NCBI GenBank assembly: GCA_965644295.1
Contig: CBFFRP010000124.1
Location: 28,962 to 92,961 of the forward strand
Source of the DNA: Paraphysomonas bandaiensis
Taxonomy: Eukaryota > Protista > Chrysophyceae
Direction: 5' to 3'
DNA length: 64,000 nucleotides
Positions within the stretch are counted from its first letter, which is position 1, and each line of letters starts with the position of its first letter. Both the position numbers and the translations under genes were made by a program. Below are positions 48,901 to 61,200 of this stretch, one piece after another. Under the pieces are notes generated by a model that searched no databases, was not told the DNA's origin, and saw only the letters and a list, made by a program, of their open reading frames with translations.

Positions 48901-51827
48901 TCTTGTTGTCTCCGTCTCTGTCTCTCAGCCTATACAATACACACAACCTCAATAAACACCAAACACTCTCGACACCTACATCATACACCAACCATACCAA
49001 TACTATCAAACATACCATACCATAGAACCACATCACCATCACACACATACCTCTGCAGCAGCTTCCTTCTCCTCTTGCTGTCTCCGTCTCTGTCTCTCAG
49101 CCTATACAATACACACAACCTCAATTAAAACCAAAACACTCTCGACACCTACATCATTCACCAACCATACCAATATATCAAACATCAAACCATATAACTA
49201 CTTCACCATCACATACATACCTCTGCAGCAGCAGCTTCCTCCTCTTGCTTTCTCTGCCTCTCGGCCTACACGATACACACAACCTCAATTAAAACCAAAA
49301 CACTCTCGACACCTACATCATTCACCAACCATACCAATATATCAAACATCAAACCATATAACTACTTCACCATCACATACATACCTCTGCAGCAGCAGCT
49401 TCCTCCTCTTGCTTTCTCTGCTTCTCGGCCTATACAATACACACAACCTCAATTAAAACCAAAACACTCTCGACACCTACATCATACACCAACCATACCA
49501 ATATATCAAACATATCATACCATACCATATAACTACTTCACCATCACATACATACCTCTGCAGCAGCAGCTTCCTCCTCTTGCTTTCTCTGCCTCTCGGC
49601 CTACACGATACACACAACCTCAATTAAAACCAAAACACTCTCGACACCTACATCATTCACCAACCATACCAATATATCAAACATCAAACCATATAACTAC
49701 TTCACCATCACATACATACCTCTGCAGCAGCAGCTTCCTCCTCTTGCTTTCTCTGCTTCTCGGCCTATACAATACACACAACCTCAATTAAAACCAAAAC
49801 ACTCTCGACACCTACATCATACACCAACCATACCAATATATCAAACATATCATACCATACCATATAACTACTTCACCATCACATACATACCTCTGCAGCA
49901 GCTTCCTCCTCTTGCTGTCTCTGCCTCTCGGCCTACACAATACACACAATCTCAATTAAAACCAAAACACTCTCGACACCTACATCATACACCAACCATA
50001 CCAATATATCAAACATATCATACCATATAACCACTTCACCATCACACATACCTCTGCAGCAGCAGCTTCCTCCTCTTGCTGTCTCCGTCTCTGTCTCTCA
50101 GCCTACACAATGCACATATGGTCCAATGAGGTCATCTCTCTGGGTCTACGAACAAGATGAAACAAGCATACAGCACGCATACTAACATGTGCACTTCTGA
50201 TGACATTACGCGTCTCATCATCTTCTGCTGAGTCCACAGGAGTCTTTCCAACCTGCAAAACAATAAGCATCATAAAGAAGCGGCACTGTGCATCGTCGCA
50301 TATTCATATCTAGATACCGTCTTCACACAATGAGTCAGTGAAGTACATATAGCCCTCTTAGCACTGTATATGTATGTATATCACTGTATATGTATGTATA
50401 TCACTGTATATGTATGTACATCACTGTATACGTATGCATATCACTGTGTATGTATGTATAGGGGGGTTACTTACACTGTTTCTTATAGTGATATCTGCTC
50501 CTTCCCTTATGAGATATTCACATGTATCTCTGTGACCATTACGAGCAGCATAGTGAAGAGCTGTAGAACCCCCCTATAAAACAACAACAATAAAATCACA
50601 TGAGCCCTCTTAGCACTGTATATGTATGTACATCACTGTGTATGCATGTATATCACTGTATATGTATGTATATCACTGTGTATGTATGTATAGGGGGGTT
50701 ACTTACTCTGTCTCCTATAGTGATATCTGCTCCTTTGCTTATGAGATATTCACATGTATCTCTGTGACCTTTAGAGGCAGCCAAGTGAAGAGCTGTCCAA
50801 CCCCCCTATAAAACAACAACAATGACATCACATGAGCCCTCTTAGCACTGTATATGTATGTATATCACTGTATATGTATGTATATCACTGTATATGTATG
50901 TATATCACTGTATATGTATGTATATCACTGTATATGTATGTATATCACTGTATATGTATGTATATCACTGTATATGTATGTATATCACTGTATATGTATA
51001 TATGTATGTATATCACTGTATATGTATGTATAGGGGGTTACTTACATTGTCTCCTATAGTGATATCTGCTCCTTTGCTTATGAGATATTCACATGTATCT
51101 CTGTGACCTCCAGAGGCAGCCAAGAGAAGAGCTGTAGAACCCCTCTATAAAACAATAACAATAACATCACATGAGCCCTCTTAGCACTGTATATGTATGT
51201 ATATCACTGTATATGCATGTATATATGTATATCACTGTATATGCATGTATATCACTGTATATGTATGTATAGGGGGGTTACTTACATTGGTTCTTATAGT
51301 GATATCTGCTCCTTTGCTTATGAGATATTCACATGTATCTCTGTGACCATTATAGGCAGCCCAGTGAAGAGCTGTAGAACCATACTATAAAACAACAACA
51401 ATAACATCACATGAGCCCTCTTAGCACTGTATATGCATGTATATCACTGTATATGTATGTATAGGGGGGTTACTTACATTGGTTCTTATAGTGATATCTG
51501 CTCCTTTGCTTATGAGATATTCACATGTATCTCTGTGACCATTACGAGCAGCCCAGTGAAGAGCCGAATAACCATCCTATAAAACAACAACAATAACATC
51601 ACATGAGCCCTCTTAGCACTGTATATGCATGTATATCACTGTATACGTATGTATATCACTGTATATGTATGTATATCACTGTGTATGTATGTATATCACT
51701 GTGTATGTATGTATGTATGTATGTATGTATGTACCTTATCTTGTGTATGTATATTGATACCCTTCTCAACGCATCTCTTCACACCACTCCAATCACCCTC
51801 AGAAGCAGCTGTAGTAATATCATCCAT
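45944..51827 (-). CDS. Ankyrin-repeat / helical spacer / SAM-like / non-RD protein kinase / coiled-coil receptor-like gene built from exon cassettes; in-frame TAA at 46367-46369
   Basis: ATG 51827; N-cap exon 51735-51827; ANK exons 51478-51576, 51286-51384, 51046-51144, 50707-50805, 50475-50573; C-cap 50187-50252; ten micro-exons 48542-50102; SAM-like EVFIWL...ELKVMGITNLAVRVRL; kinase VIIK, HLDLKPAN, DLD, DIFTAG, ERPTA. All cassette exons are phase 0 with AG/GT ends. Confidence 0.85.
48495..50110. repeat. Tandem array of ten ~160-175-bp exon+intron units
   Basis: Recurring CCTCTGCAGCAGC...CTCAATTAAAACCAAAACACTCTCGACACC. Each unit holds one 42-51-nt minus-strand micro-exon. Confidence 0.95.
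50350..51734. repeat. Tandem ankyrin exon+intron units with a 20-bp intronic minisatellite (TATATCACTGTATATGTATG)n
   Basis: Five 99-nt exons. Introns of 93-240 nt differ mainly in minisatellite copy number. Confidence 0.95.
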
Positions 51828-52859
51828 CTTATATATATGTATATAGAAGACAAGAGAAGTGAAGTGAATAGAAGCAACAATATGATCCTACTATACACAC
51901 ATACACGCCACATCACACCATCTCACATCACACCATCAGCACAATAAGATACCTTCATATCTTGAAGAGACACTCTATTTTTCAGTTGGTGATCAAACAC
52001 ACTCTCAGCTTTGTTTCATTATCATTCTCGTGGCCGTCACTCTGATCTCTCATCAGTTCAGTGTTGCGTTAAGTTGCATGTGAGTGTCTTCATCTTTTCA
52101 ACCATCTGTCGCTGTCGTTCATCAGGATGCGCTTGTGATCATGGTTTGTCTGAGTGAGTCTGCTCACAGTGATGCTGATGGAGGGATGATGCTGGTAGAC
52201 TAATTCAGAGGTGCTGAGCACGAATCTATCGTCATATTATTGTATTTCATTGAGTATCAACAGCCATAGACAGCATGATGACATCGTATCACTCAACTCA
52301 CATGCATGCATTAGCTGCAGTATGAACCCAACCTGACGACACATGCATGTGTGTTACGTACTGACAACACTCTGATTGGTTATACGTGTGTATTGTTCAA
52401 CTGTAGTCTACGATATCAGTGTCTATGAGTGATGTCTATGAGTGAGATCAAACCACAAGTGGTACACTTCACAATCAGAATGAGATGAGAGAAAATCTGA
52501 TGACACATAATGGAGGCACAACCTCAGCGATCTCGTTCCTCTATTTTCAATATTTCAAGAGCGTTGCGTAGGCTCACTTCGAAGAACTAATCAGTGTCAA
52601 AGAGAACGATCTTCGATTACGAATCAGTGAGCCGTATGTGCTAAGTATCCTACCAGCAATCTAACACGCTTGAAGAAGTTTGGGTTATCTTAGTGTTGTG
52701 AGTTTTGAGATGAGTGTGAATAGATGTGTTTCTGGGCGGGGATATTTATCATGATTTATTTCTTTTTGCTTAGCAATAGTGGAACATGGTGGTGCTGAGC
52801 AAGTTGGCTATCAATTTGAGAGTGATATGTGATACCAGGTGTATGCAATGCGTATTATA

Positions 52860-53220
52860 AGGGGATGGTAAGAATAATATTTCAATACTATTGTTAGGTA
52901 GTGTTCCATTGATAATATTAATGGAGTTTTTGGAACCGCCCTAACAATAGCATTGCAATACAGTAGTATCATTAATCAGTAAGTAAACACACCCGTAGAT
53001 TTTATTTTTAGTATCAGTCATTGAGATCACAAGATAGCCAAAACCACTACGCTGACCAGTGACCAGCAAAGAGTAGCTACTGCTTAGCTAATCACTATTT
53101 TGTTCAAAATCACCCACTGAGCCATCATCGGCCACCATACTCATTCAAAATTGATTGAAATATGCATGTATCCGATCACTACTGTCAGAAACAACAGCAT
53201 ATGTGTTGGAGTACGCTATG
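52860..53220. mobile_element. Truncated, diverged copy of hAT family 1
   Basis: Colinear similarity to 424-770 (CAATACTATTGTTAG, TAGTAT.AGTCATT.AGATCAC, CTGAGCCATCATCGG, ATTGAAATATGC). Confidence 0.7.
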
Positions 53221-53223
53221 AAG

Positions 53224-53936
53224 CAGGGCCTGGTAACCATTAATGGCCCATTAATGCATGGTAGTCCAGTTCCCGGCAATTATAATGGTATTAATGAAAA
53301 AAGTCCCGGCAATTATAATATCTAACTTAAAGTAGATAACACCACTCATATAATAGATAGTTTTGTGCTCCCTTAATTACTAATATTTAGTCAAATAGCA
53401 GACTACAAATTTTAACTACTTCTCACTCTCTACTGGCACATCAGGATCTTCTTTCAGGGCTTCATGGAGGGTATAAACATCCCACAACATGTAATTGGCT
53501 CGTAGGAATAGCAACGATTCTAGACGATATGGATTCATGTTTCTACGCTCAGGTGTCATAATCAACTTTGCACGACTAAAGAGCCCCTCAACAACATTAG
53601 ATTGTGCTTCAATATGAAGCAAGAAGCGGTAGTTGGACTCATAGGTACCAAGTCGAGCTCTCTTGGTGACCTCAGCGCTGTCTAGAACACGCTGTGAAAA
53701 ATCAGTTCCTTCACTCTCGTCCTCGTTATTTCTGTCGGGTACGCCAACCTCCATGGACGAATGCAGTTGCAAATGTCTATTTTTTTTCTATGAAGTATGT
53801 CACTATGATATGTAGTGATAATATAGGATGACTTCCACAAAGTGCGTCATAAAATTAAAAAAATGGATGGATATACATAAAATACTCGAACTGTGACTTC
53901 CACAACTGTCATATAGTTATTAGTGACCAGGGCCTG
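53224..53936 (-). mobile_element. Internally deleted hAT element (family 2) retaining the transposase C-terminus
   Basis: TIR CAGGGCCTGGTAACCATTAAT (identical to the MITE at 6626) and imperfect partner CAGGCCCTGGTCACTAATAA. ORF 53416-53772 QSNVVEGLFSRAK..MTPERRNM.PYRLESLLFLRAN..LW. Confidence 0.8.
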
Positions 53937-54138
53937 ATATATATATTGAAAGTCTTTTTATTTAGCAATAGGCGTTAAAAAACTGTACCAATATAGTGGC
54001 TAGTTGAACGCTAGACGTACTAGTTAGACCTCTACCCATAACTAATCAGCACAAATTCCATTATCCTACTATTTAACGCTACAGAAGCTGCTTGTGCGTC
54101 GCCGCAAGCACCAAGGTGCGACCACTTCCGTTCTTGAT
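53937..54138 (-). mobile_element. Shared non-LTR 3' module with (AT)n tail; body different or unrecognised
   Basis: Reverse complement of the conserved ~190-bp end; no TSD found. Confidence 0.75.
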
Positions 54139-55272
54139 GTTGATTGCGAGTTGTGACCACGTGGCATCTCGCGTGCCCTACTTACGTGGCTATAGTGCGT
54201 TACTACAAGTGATACTTCAAGACTATAATGTTGTGCTTGGAAGCGCAGAGCGCGACTAACTATTAATAACGCATTCATCAGCAGACAACAAATAATCACT
54301 CATATTATTATTATTCATAGCAAAACACAGAAGTAAAGAACTCGTTCCACGATGACTAAAGCCTCAAGCTTCTCTCATACCTGAACCAGTACTCGGACTG
54401 CAGCTCTTCAGCATTGAATAGGACTCCTAGCATGGCACCAGTATGTCAGAGACAGGCCATGCAGACCCTTACACCCGCATCGGAAGTATTGCACAGACCC
54501 TGCATACACTGGTCACGGGTAGAAAGTGCATCCAGAGACCATTACCTCCATTTGTGGGTATACGTGGGTGGACTGCCTCTAGTAGTAGGCTCCCAGGAGG
54601 GGGGAGTGTGCTCTGGACCCGGTTCACCATGCGCTTCATAGGAACTGAAGCCGGTAAACACCCTCCTGCTCCATCGCTAACAAGCTCCAACCAGCTTGCG
54701 CTTAATCTTCCCTTACGGACCATACTGGCCTGCACAGCCTCCTTACGCTCCTTGTTGGGGGGTTCGCTGCCTCATTGAGATGCTGCAACTTGCGCTTATC
54801 GAGGTCGTTAGGAGAGACTGCAATGTGAATTATGGTCTACTGGACTCATATGCGACCCTTCGAGAGTCTGTCGGGGGCTCCAGCTGCCTGTGCGAGCAAC
54901 ACTGAGTGATCTTGCCATACTAACATACACACTCGACTTCAGGTGAAAAAGTCATGAAAATAGATGATTTTATGTCTATTTTTTAGAATATACCACTTTT
55001 TCAATATTTGGGTATAAATACTGTGTTTTTTATATAAAAAGCCCCCATTCTGAGGTGTCAGTTGTTCATACTGTCTGTATACATACATGTATGTCCTGAA
55101 CATACTAGTAGATGGGTGTCTGGTTCCCACAATATGCTCGGATGGTTCTGCTCTGTGGAACTCCATTCACCCAACTGGACAATTTTTATCCAAAGAACAA
55201 TAGCGATGCTCGACCATACGACAGTCCCTCGTATGCATCACAAGATGCCCTCATGTGTGTGTATGTGTGTAT

Positions 55273-58200
55273 ATGAATCCACTCATTCTCTGTGTGTTTG
55301 TGTCTCTGATAACACTCACAGTTGCCTCAGTAGCCTCTCAAGAGGCAGCGCTGTGTGACTTCATTCAGGCGACTGATGTTACCTCCGTATGGTCTGAGTG
55401 GACCTGTGCGGGTGTGGGGAACAAGTGCAGCTTCACTGGAGTCACCTGCACAGGATCGAACATAGCCAGGGTGCACTTATCTGATGATGACATATCAGGA
55501 TCTCTCCCCTCATCACTGGGTCAGATGACTGCATTGACATATTTGAATATTGCTTACAACTCTCTCATCGGTACACTCCCCTCATCACTGGGTCTGATGA
55601 CTTCTCTTAGTTATCTCGATCTATATGACAATTCCTTAACGGGTCCTCTCCCCTCATCTATCAGCGATATGACTGCATTGACATATTTGGATATTGATTC
55701 CAACTCTCTCATCGGTACACTCCCCTCATCACTGGGTCAGATGACTTCTCTTAGTTATCTCTATCTAAATTCCAATTCCTTAACGGGTCCTCTCCCCGAC
55801 TCTTTTTCCAGTCTAACTAAATTACGAGTTCTAAGGGGTGATGGCAATATGTTCACAGGTGTCTACCCTTCCGAGCTATGCACAATGCCTCAATTAGCAA
55901 CATTCTACCTCACACAAACCAGTTACCATGAATGCTTGAGGCCCACATCAGCACCGACCCCTTTCCCTTCAGGACAGCCATCTCGTCAACCTAGTGGACA
56001 ACCATCTGGTCAACCTACAGGTGAGCCATCTGGTGAACCGACAGGACAGCCATCATGCCAACCCACAGGTGAGCCATCTGGTGAACCGACAGGACAGCCA
56101 TCTCGTCAACCTAGTGGACAACCATCTGGTCAACCTACAGGTGAGCCATCTGGTGAACCAACAGGACAGCCATCTGGCCAACCTAGTGGACAACCATCTG
56201 GGATCCCTACTGGACAGCCATCATGCCAACCCACAGGTGAGCCATCTGGTGAACCGACAGGACAGCCATCTCGTCAACCTAGTGGACAACCATCTGGGAT
56301 CCCTACTGGGCAGCCATCTGATGAACCTAGTGGACAACCATCATGTCAACCCACAGGTGAGCCATCTGTGATCCCTACTGGACAGCCATCTGGTGAACCT
56401 AGTGGACAGCCATCTGGGATCCCTACTGGACAGCCATCTAGTGAACCCACAGGACAACCATCTGGCCAACCTAGTGGACCGCCATCTGGGCAACCTACGG
56501 GGCAGCCATCATGCCAACCTAGTGGACAACCATCTGGCCTACCTAGTGAACCGCCATCTTGTGAACCCACAGGACAGCCATCTGGTGAACCTAGTCGACC
56601 GCCATCTAGGATCCCTACTGGACAGCCATCATGTCAACCCACAGGTGAGCCATCTGGTGAACCGACAGGACAGCCATCTGGGCAACCTAGTGGACAACCA
56701 TCTGGGATCCCTACTGGGCAGCCATCATGTCAACCCACAGGTGAGCCATCTGGTGAACCGACAGGACAGCCATCTCGTCAACCTAGTGGACAACCATCTG
56801 GTCAACCTAGTGGACAGCCATCTGGGCAACCTACGGGGCAGCCATCATGCCAACCTAGTGGACAACCATCTGGCCTACCTAGTGAACCGCCATCTTGTGA
56901 ACCCACAGGACAGCCATCTGGGATCCCTACTGGACAGCCATCATGTCAACCTAGTGAACCGCCATCTGGTGAACCGACAGGACAGCCATCTCGTCAACCT
57001 AGTGGACCGCCATCTGGGCAACCTACGGGGCAGCCATCATGCCAACCTAGTGGACAACCATCTGGCCTACCTAGTGAATCGCCATCTGGTGAACCCACAG
57101 GACAGCCATCTGGGATCCCTACTGGACAGCCATCTGGTCAACCCAGTGGACAGCCATCTAGTGAACCCACAGGTGAGCCATCTGGTCAACCCAGTGCACA
57201 GCCATCAATCGAACCGACAGGACAGCCATCATGTCAACCTAGTGGACAACCATCTGGCCTACCTAGTGAACCGCCATCTGGTCAACCTAGTGGACAACCA
57301 TCTGGGATCCCTACTGGACAGCCATCTAGTGAACCCACAGGTGAGCCATCTGGTCAACCTAGTGGACCGCCATCTGGGCAACCTACGGGGCAGCCATCAT
57401 GCCAACCTAGTGGACAACCATCTGGCCTACCTAGTGAACCGCCATCTTGTGAACCCACAGGACAGCCATCTGGGATCAACCTAGTGGACAGCCATCTGGC
57501 GATCAACCCACGGGACAGCCATCTCAGTGAACCCACAGGTGAGCCATCTGGTCAACCCAGTGGACCGCCATCTGGCTGCAACCGACAGGGCAGCCATCAT
57601 GCCAACTCTAGTGGACAACCATCTGGCCTACCTAGTGAACCGCCATCTGGTGAACCCACAGGACAGCCATAGCCATCTGTTACAACTCTAGTGGACAACC
57701 ATCTGGGATCCCTACTGGACAGCCATCTAGTGAATTCCAAGAAGAGCCATCTGAGGCTGACTCCCAGGGATCACATTCAAATTTATGGTAGTTATTCACA
57801 ACCTTAGTGGACAAACCATCCAGGCCTACCTAGTGAACCTGCCATCTGGTGAACCCAGCAGGACAGCCATCTGGGATCCCTACTGGACAGCCATCTGGTG
57901 AACCCAGCAGGACGAGCCATCTGGTCAACCTTGGTGGTCCACGGCCAGCTACACTAGTGAACTGCCACCTGGTGAACCTATGGGCAACGACCCAGACCCC
58001 TACTGGACAGCTAGCTGCCAACCCAGGGACAACCATCTGGCTTCAACCTAGCGGACAGCCGTCAAGTGTACCAACAGGGCAACCATCTAGTGAACCAGCA
58101 GGACTGCCATCAAGTGAATCAACAGAATGGTCCATTCAAATTTCTTCTCTGGATGACGCCATCAAGAACAACCTATAGTACAGCCATCCCTGGATTCCAA

Positions 58201-61200
58201 CACTACCGTCATCAAGTCAACCGGCTCAAGAAACACCCACAGGACGGCCATTTGGTGAACCAACAGCACCACCATTTGTCCAACCTACTGCACCGCCATC
58301 TGGACAACTACATTCGATTTTTCCATCGACGCATGCTCCTTCAGCTGCATGGGCGTCTACCTGAGATATTACATATGGACTGGACTGTGTATCGAGATCA
58401 CGTTACACTTTCAATTCTAGCCTCTCTAACCAGAGGCTATGTGACAGCGCAAGCTTTGAATCTATGGTAATCGTCGACTCTGTAAATTCTGTAATTTCTA
58501 CAAACAATTTTGACTACGTGGACGATGCTTCTGTTAACGCCTCAATCACAATAACATCTCTAACACCGTCCACGAATTACACACTCTATTGTGTCACGCA
58601 AAACAATCACCTGTTAGCTCCCTCGTATGAAGAAATGCTCTCGAATGCAGTCGTTTGGGAAACTCTCTGTTGTAAGAGCATATTTGTGGATTTGAATATG
58701 TTTGTACTGCAAGAAAATAGTGTGGGCTGGAATATGGTTGTAGTAACCCTTTCGGCAGCTCCGTCATCCAGCAGTGGTATGTGGATATCTGCTGGGGTGT
58801 CAAACAGCAGTGGTTCGTACACTGTATCCCCCTTTCTGGATGACATTGTGACTGTTACACGTTCCTCATGGTCGAAGACACATTACTTCACTGTCGCCAA
58901 CTGTGCGCCGGGACTGTACACACTACAGGTGACTATGATGGATTTTGCAGTGCAGCAGGAGTATGATGTAATCTTCCGAAGTGGGCAGTCGTTCACTGTA
59001 GAGCCCTCTGAAGTAGAACCCAGCACCCCGCGTTTAATGTCAGCGCAGTTCTCAAAGAGTGGTGAGTCCGCTGTCCTGAAATTTGATTCGCCTACAGACA
59101 AGGCGCAGTATTCCTCATATTTTAAGTGCTCTCGTCTCCTGGATGTAGCTGGGGCCTTATCGTCGGACTGCCTTTGGACCTCGGCCACCACACTTACTGT
59201 GTATTTCAAAGGACCTCTTCTACCTGAAGTGGGTGATAGTCTGGTGCTACTGCGGGGTAAACTGAGAGCTCACAGTACACCTCCACATCGTCAGAGGTAC
59301 TGGCTGGGCTACTGTGAACAGGACAGAGATGGTTTTAGCTGCCCCCTACGACCCCATCTCACCCACCCTCGTTGTGACACACCCAAAAGTCTCCGGTCCC
59401 TGCGACAGACCTGTGATCGATATTACTGCCTCCTCTGGTTCGGGTGGTCGACCATGGAAACACTTCAACATCACTGTGACCAGTTTTAGCGATACCGTCC
59501 ATGACAGTTCAGGAATGGCTTATAGAGAATTACGTGATTAGCCCACCACCTGCAATGCCAGCGCAATTATTTCAAGGTGGTTATAGGTACATTTTTGAGC
59601 TATGAGCTGTGCAATTTTTTCGGTGAATGCAGCTCTGCCATAGCTATCATAAAAACCGTAAATGATATTCTGCCGTATGTTTCTATGGTGGGACAACTCT
59701 CTCGACAGATATTCACTTACACTCCTCTGGTACTGCAGTCTAATGCTTTTTTAACTGAATGCGACGGTTCTGCATCGTATTCCAACTTAATCTATGATTG
59801 GAAAATATTCGAGGATGAAGTGGAGCACTTTGAGTTAGTGTCGTTGTCGAGTGACCCGAGAAAATTTAAGTTGCTACCTTATTCTTTTAACGTAAGTTCT
59901 GTTTACGAAATAAAGTTATCTGTGACAAACTCTCTGTCGAGGCTGTCCTCATCCACAGTTGTATACGTGTCAGTAGTTCAGGTCCGATATTGTGGCAATC
60001 ATTGAGGGAGGATCACAGCAATCATTGCGAATCGGCGGAAGTGTGTTATTGGATGCATCTGGCAGTTATGATAAAAATATTCCACCCGAATTACGCCCTC
60101 CAGCTGAGAGCAGTGGGTTTGAATTCCGCTGGACTTGTATGCAGTTGTTTCCAGCTCTCCTTCTGCGGTGTGATGATTTGAATATACAATCAAATGCTAT
60201 CACAACTCCACATTTACTTCATATATTTACAACGAATAAGACAAAGGAGCACTCGGAGTATTCGATAAGTGTGGAAGTGCTTAGTGTTGCTGACGGCAGG
60301 CAAGCGGAGCGCTCAGTGGTTGTGCGAGTGACTGAAGCATTGGCTCCGATTGTGTCTATAAGGAGAAGCGGAGCAGCGAATGGTGTCAACCCTTTGTCAT
60401 CTCTGGTTTTGCTGGGAACTGCGCACTTAAGTGTGGCCCAATCAGCGTTTTGGGCTATCAACGAGCCGTCTGTTGATCTGGCTTCTATCACATCTACGGC
60501 GACGTATGTATCACTACCAAAAGGGCTACAGTCAGTCAATTTGGTTGTTAGTGCCGGCTCTATTCCTGGTCGGTCGGTTCCCTATGTATTTTCACTTACC
60601 TGTGGCTCGTCCACAGCATCATTGACAGTAATTTTTAATACTCCCCCTCAGCCTGGTCAACTTTCAGTGTTCCCTCTCTCAGGTATAGTGGATACAGTCT
60701 TTACGCTCATTGCGGAGTCTTGGTCTGATGAAACTTGCCATTGTCCTACGTAATGGGTTATGTGGAGGACAAGCTGTCATCTTGATTGTGAGAAGTCGGT
60801 TGGAGATGTCCATGCCAGCTCCACATTTCCACCTGGGGACAGTATGAATGGAAGGTTACACTGTTGTGTTATGTCTGTGTGCTGGATAGTTTGGATGCAG
60901 TGTCTCGGTTGCAGACGTCAGTTGTGGTTCGTTCTAATACAGCCCCCGGGACAACTTTAGCACGTGAGAAAGTCGACTAACCCAGAATCGAGAGGAAATA
61001 ATATTGAGTTGATTGTGTTTAAATCCTCTCATTGTCCAGTTCTTATCTGAATACCAAGAACTGCTCCTCAGCACCAACTGTACCACTCTGAACCGTCATG
61101 AGTGTTTTAGTGTTGATCATACATGTGGATCATGCTTTGGCTGGGTATGTAGGAGAAGAGGGTGCATCTAACCATGGTTGTGTACCTGAAAGCGATATGT

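Noticed and set aside
50475-51576. DGR-type adenine mutagenesis as the source of ankyrin variation
   Set aside because: Variable codons also differ at third positions (GGG/TAT, TCT/TGG), which does not fit the AAY-codon pattern, and no template repeat or RT is present.
48495-51734. CRISPR-like or non-coding satellite interpretation of the tandem arrays
   Set aside because: There are no unique spacers or cas genes and the context is eukaryotic. The units resolve into in-phase exons with canonical splice sites.
54380-54930. Possible RNase H-like LINE relic (YSDCSSSALN, VLWTR) opposite to the adjacent 3' module
   Set aside because: The motif pieces are in different frames and too weak to call without a profile search.
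55994-57484. Long alternative-frame ORFs (NLVDSHL repeats)
   Set aside because: By-product of the 12-bp coding repeat; the PSGQ frame is continuous with the signal peptide and LRRs.
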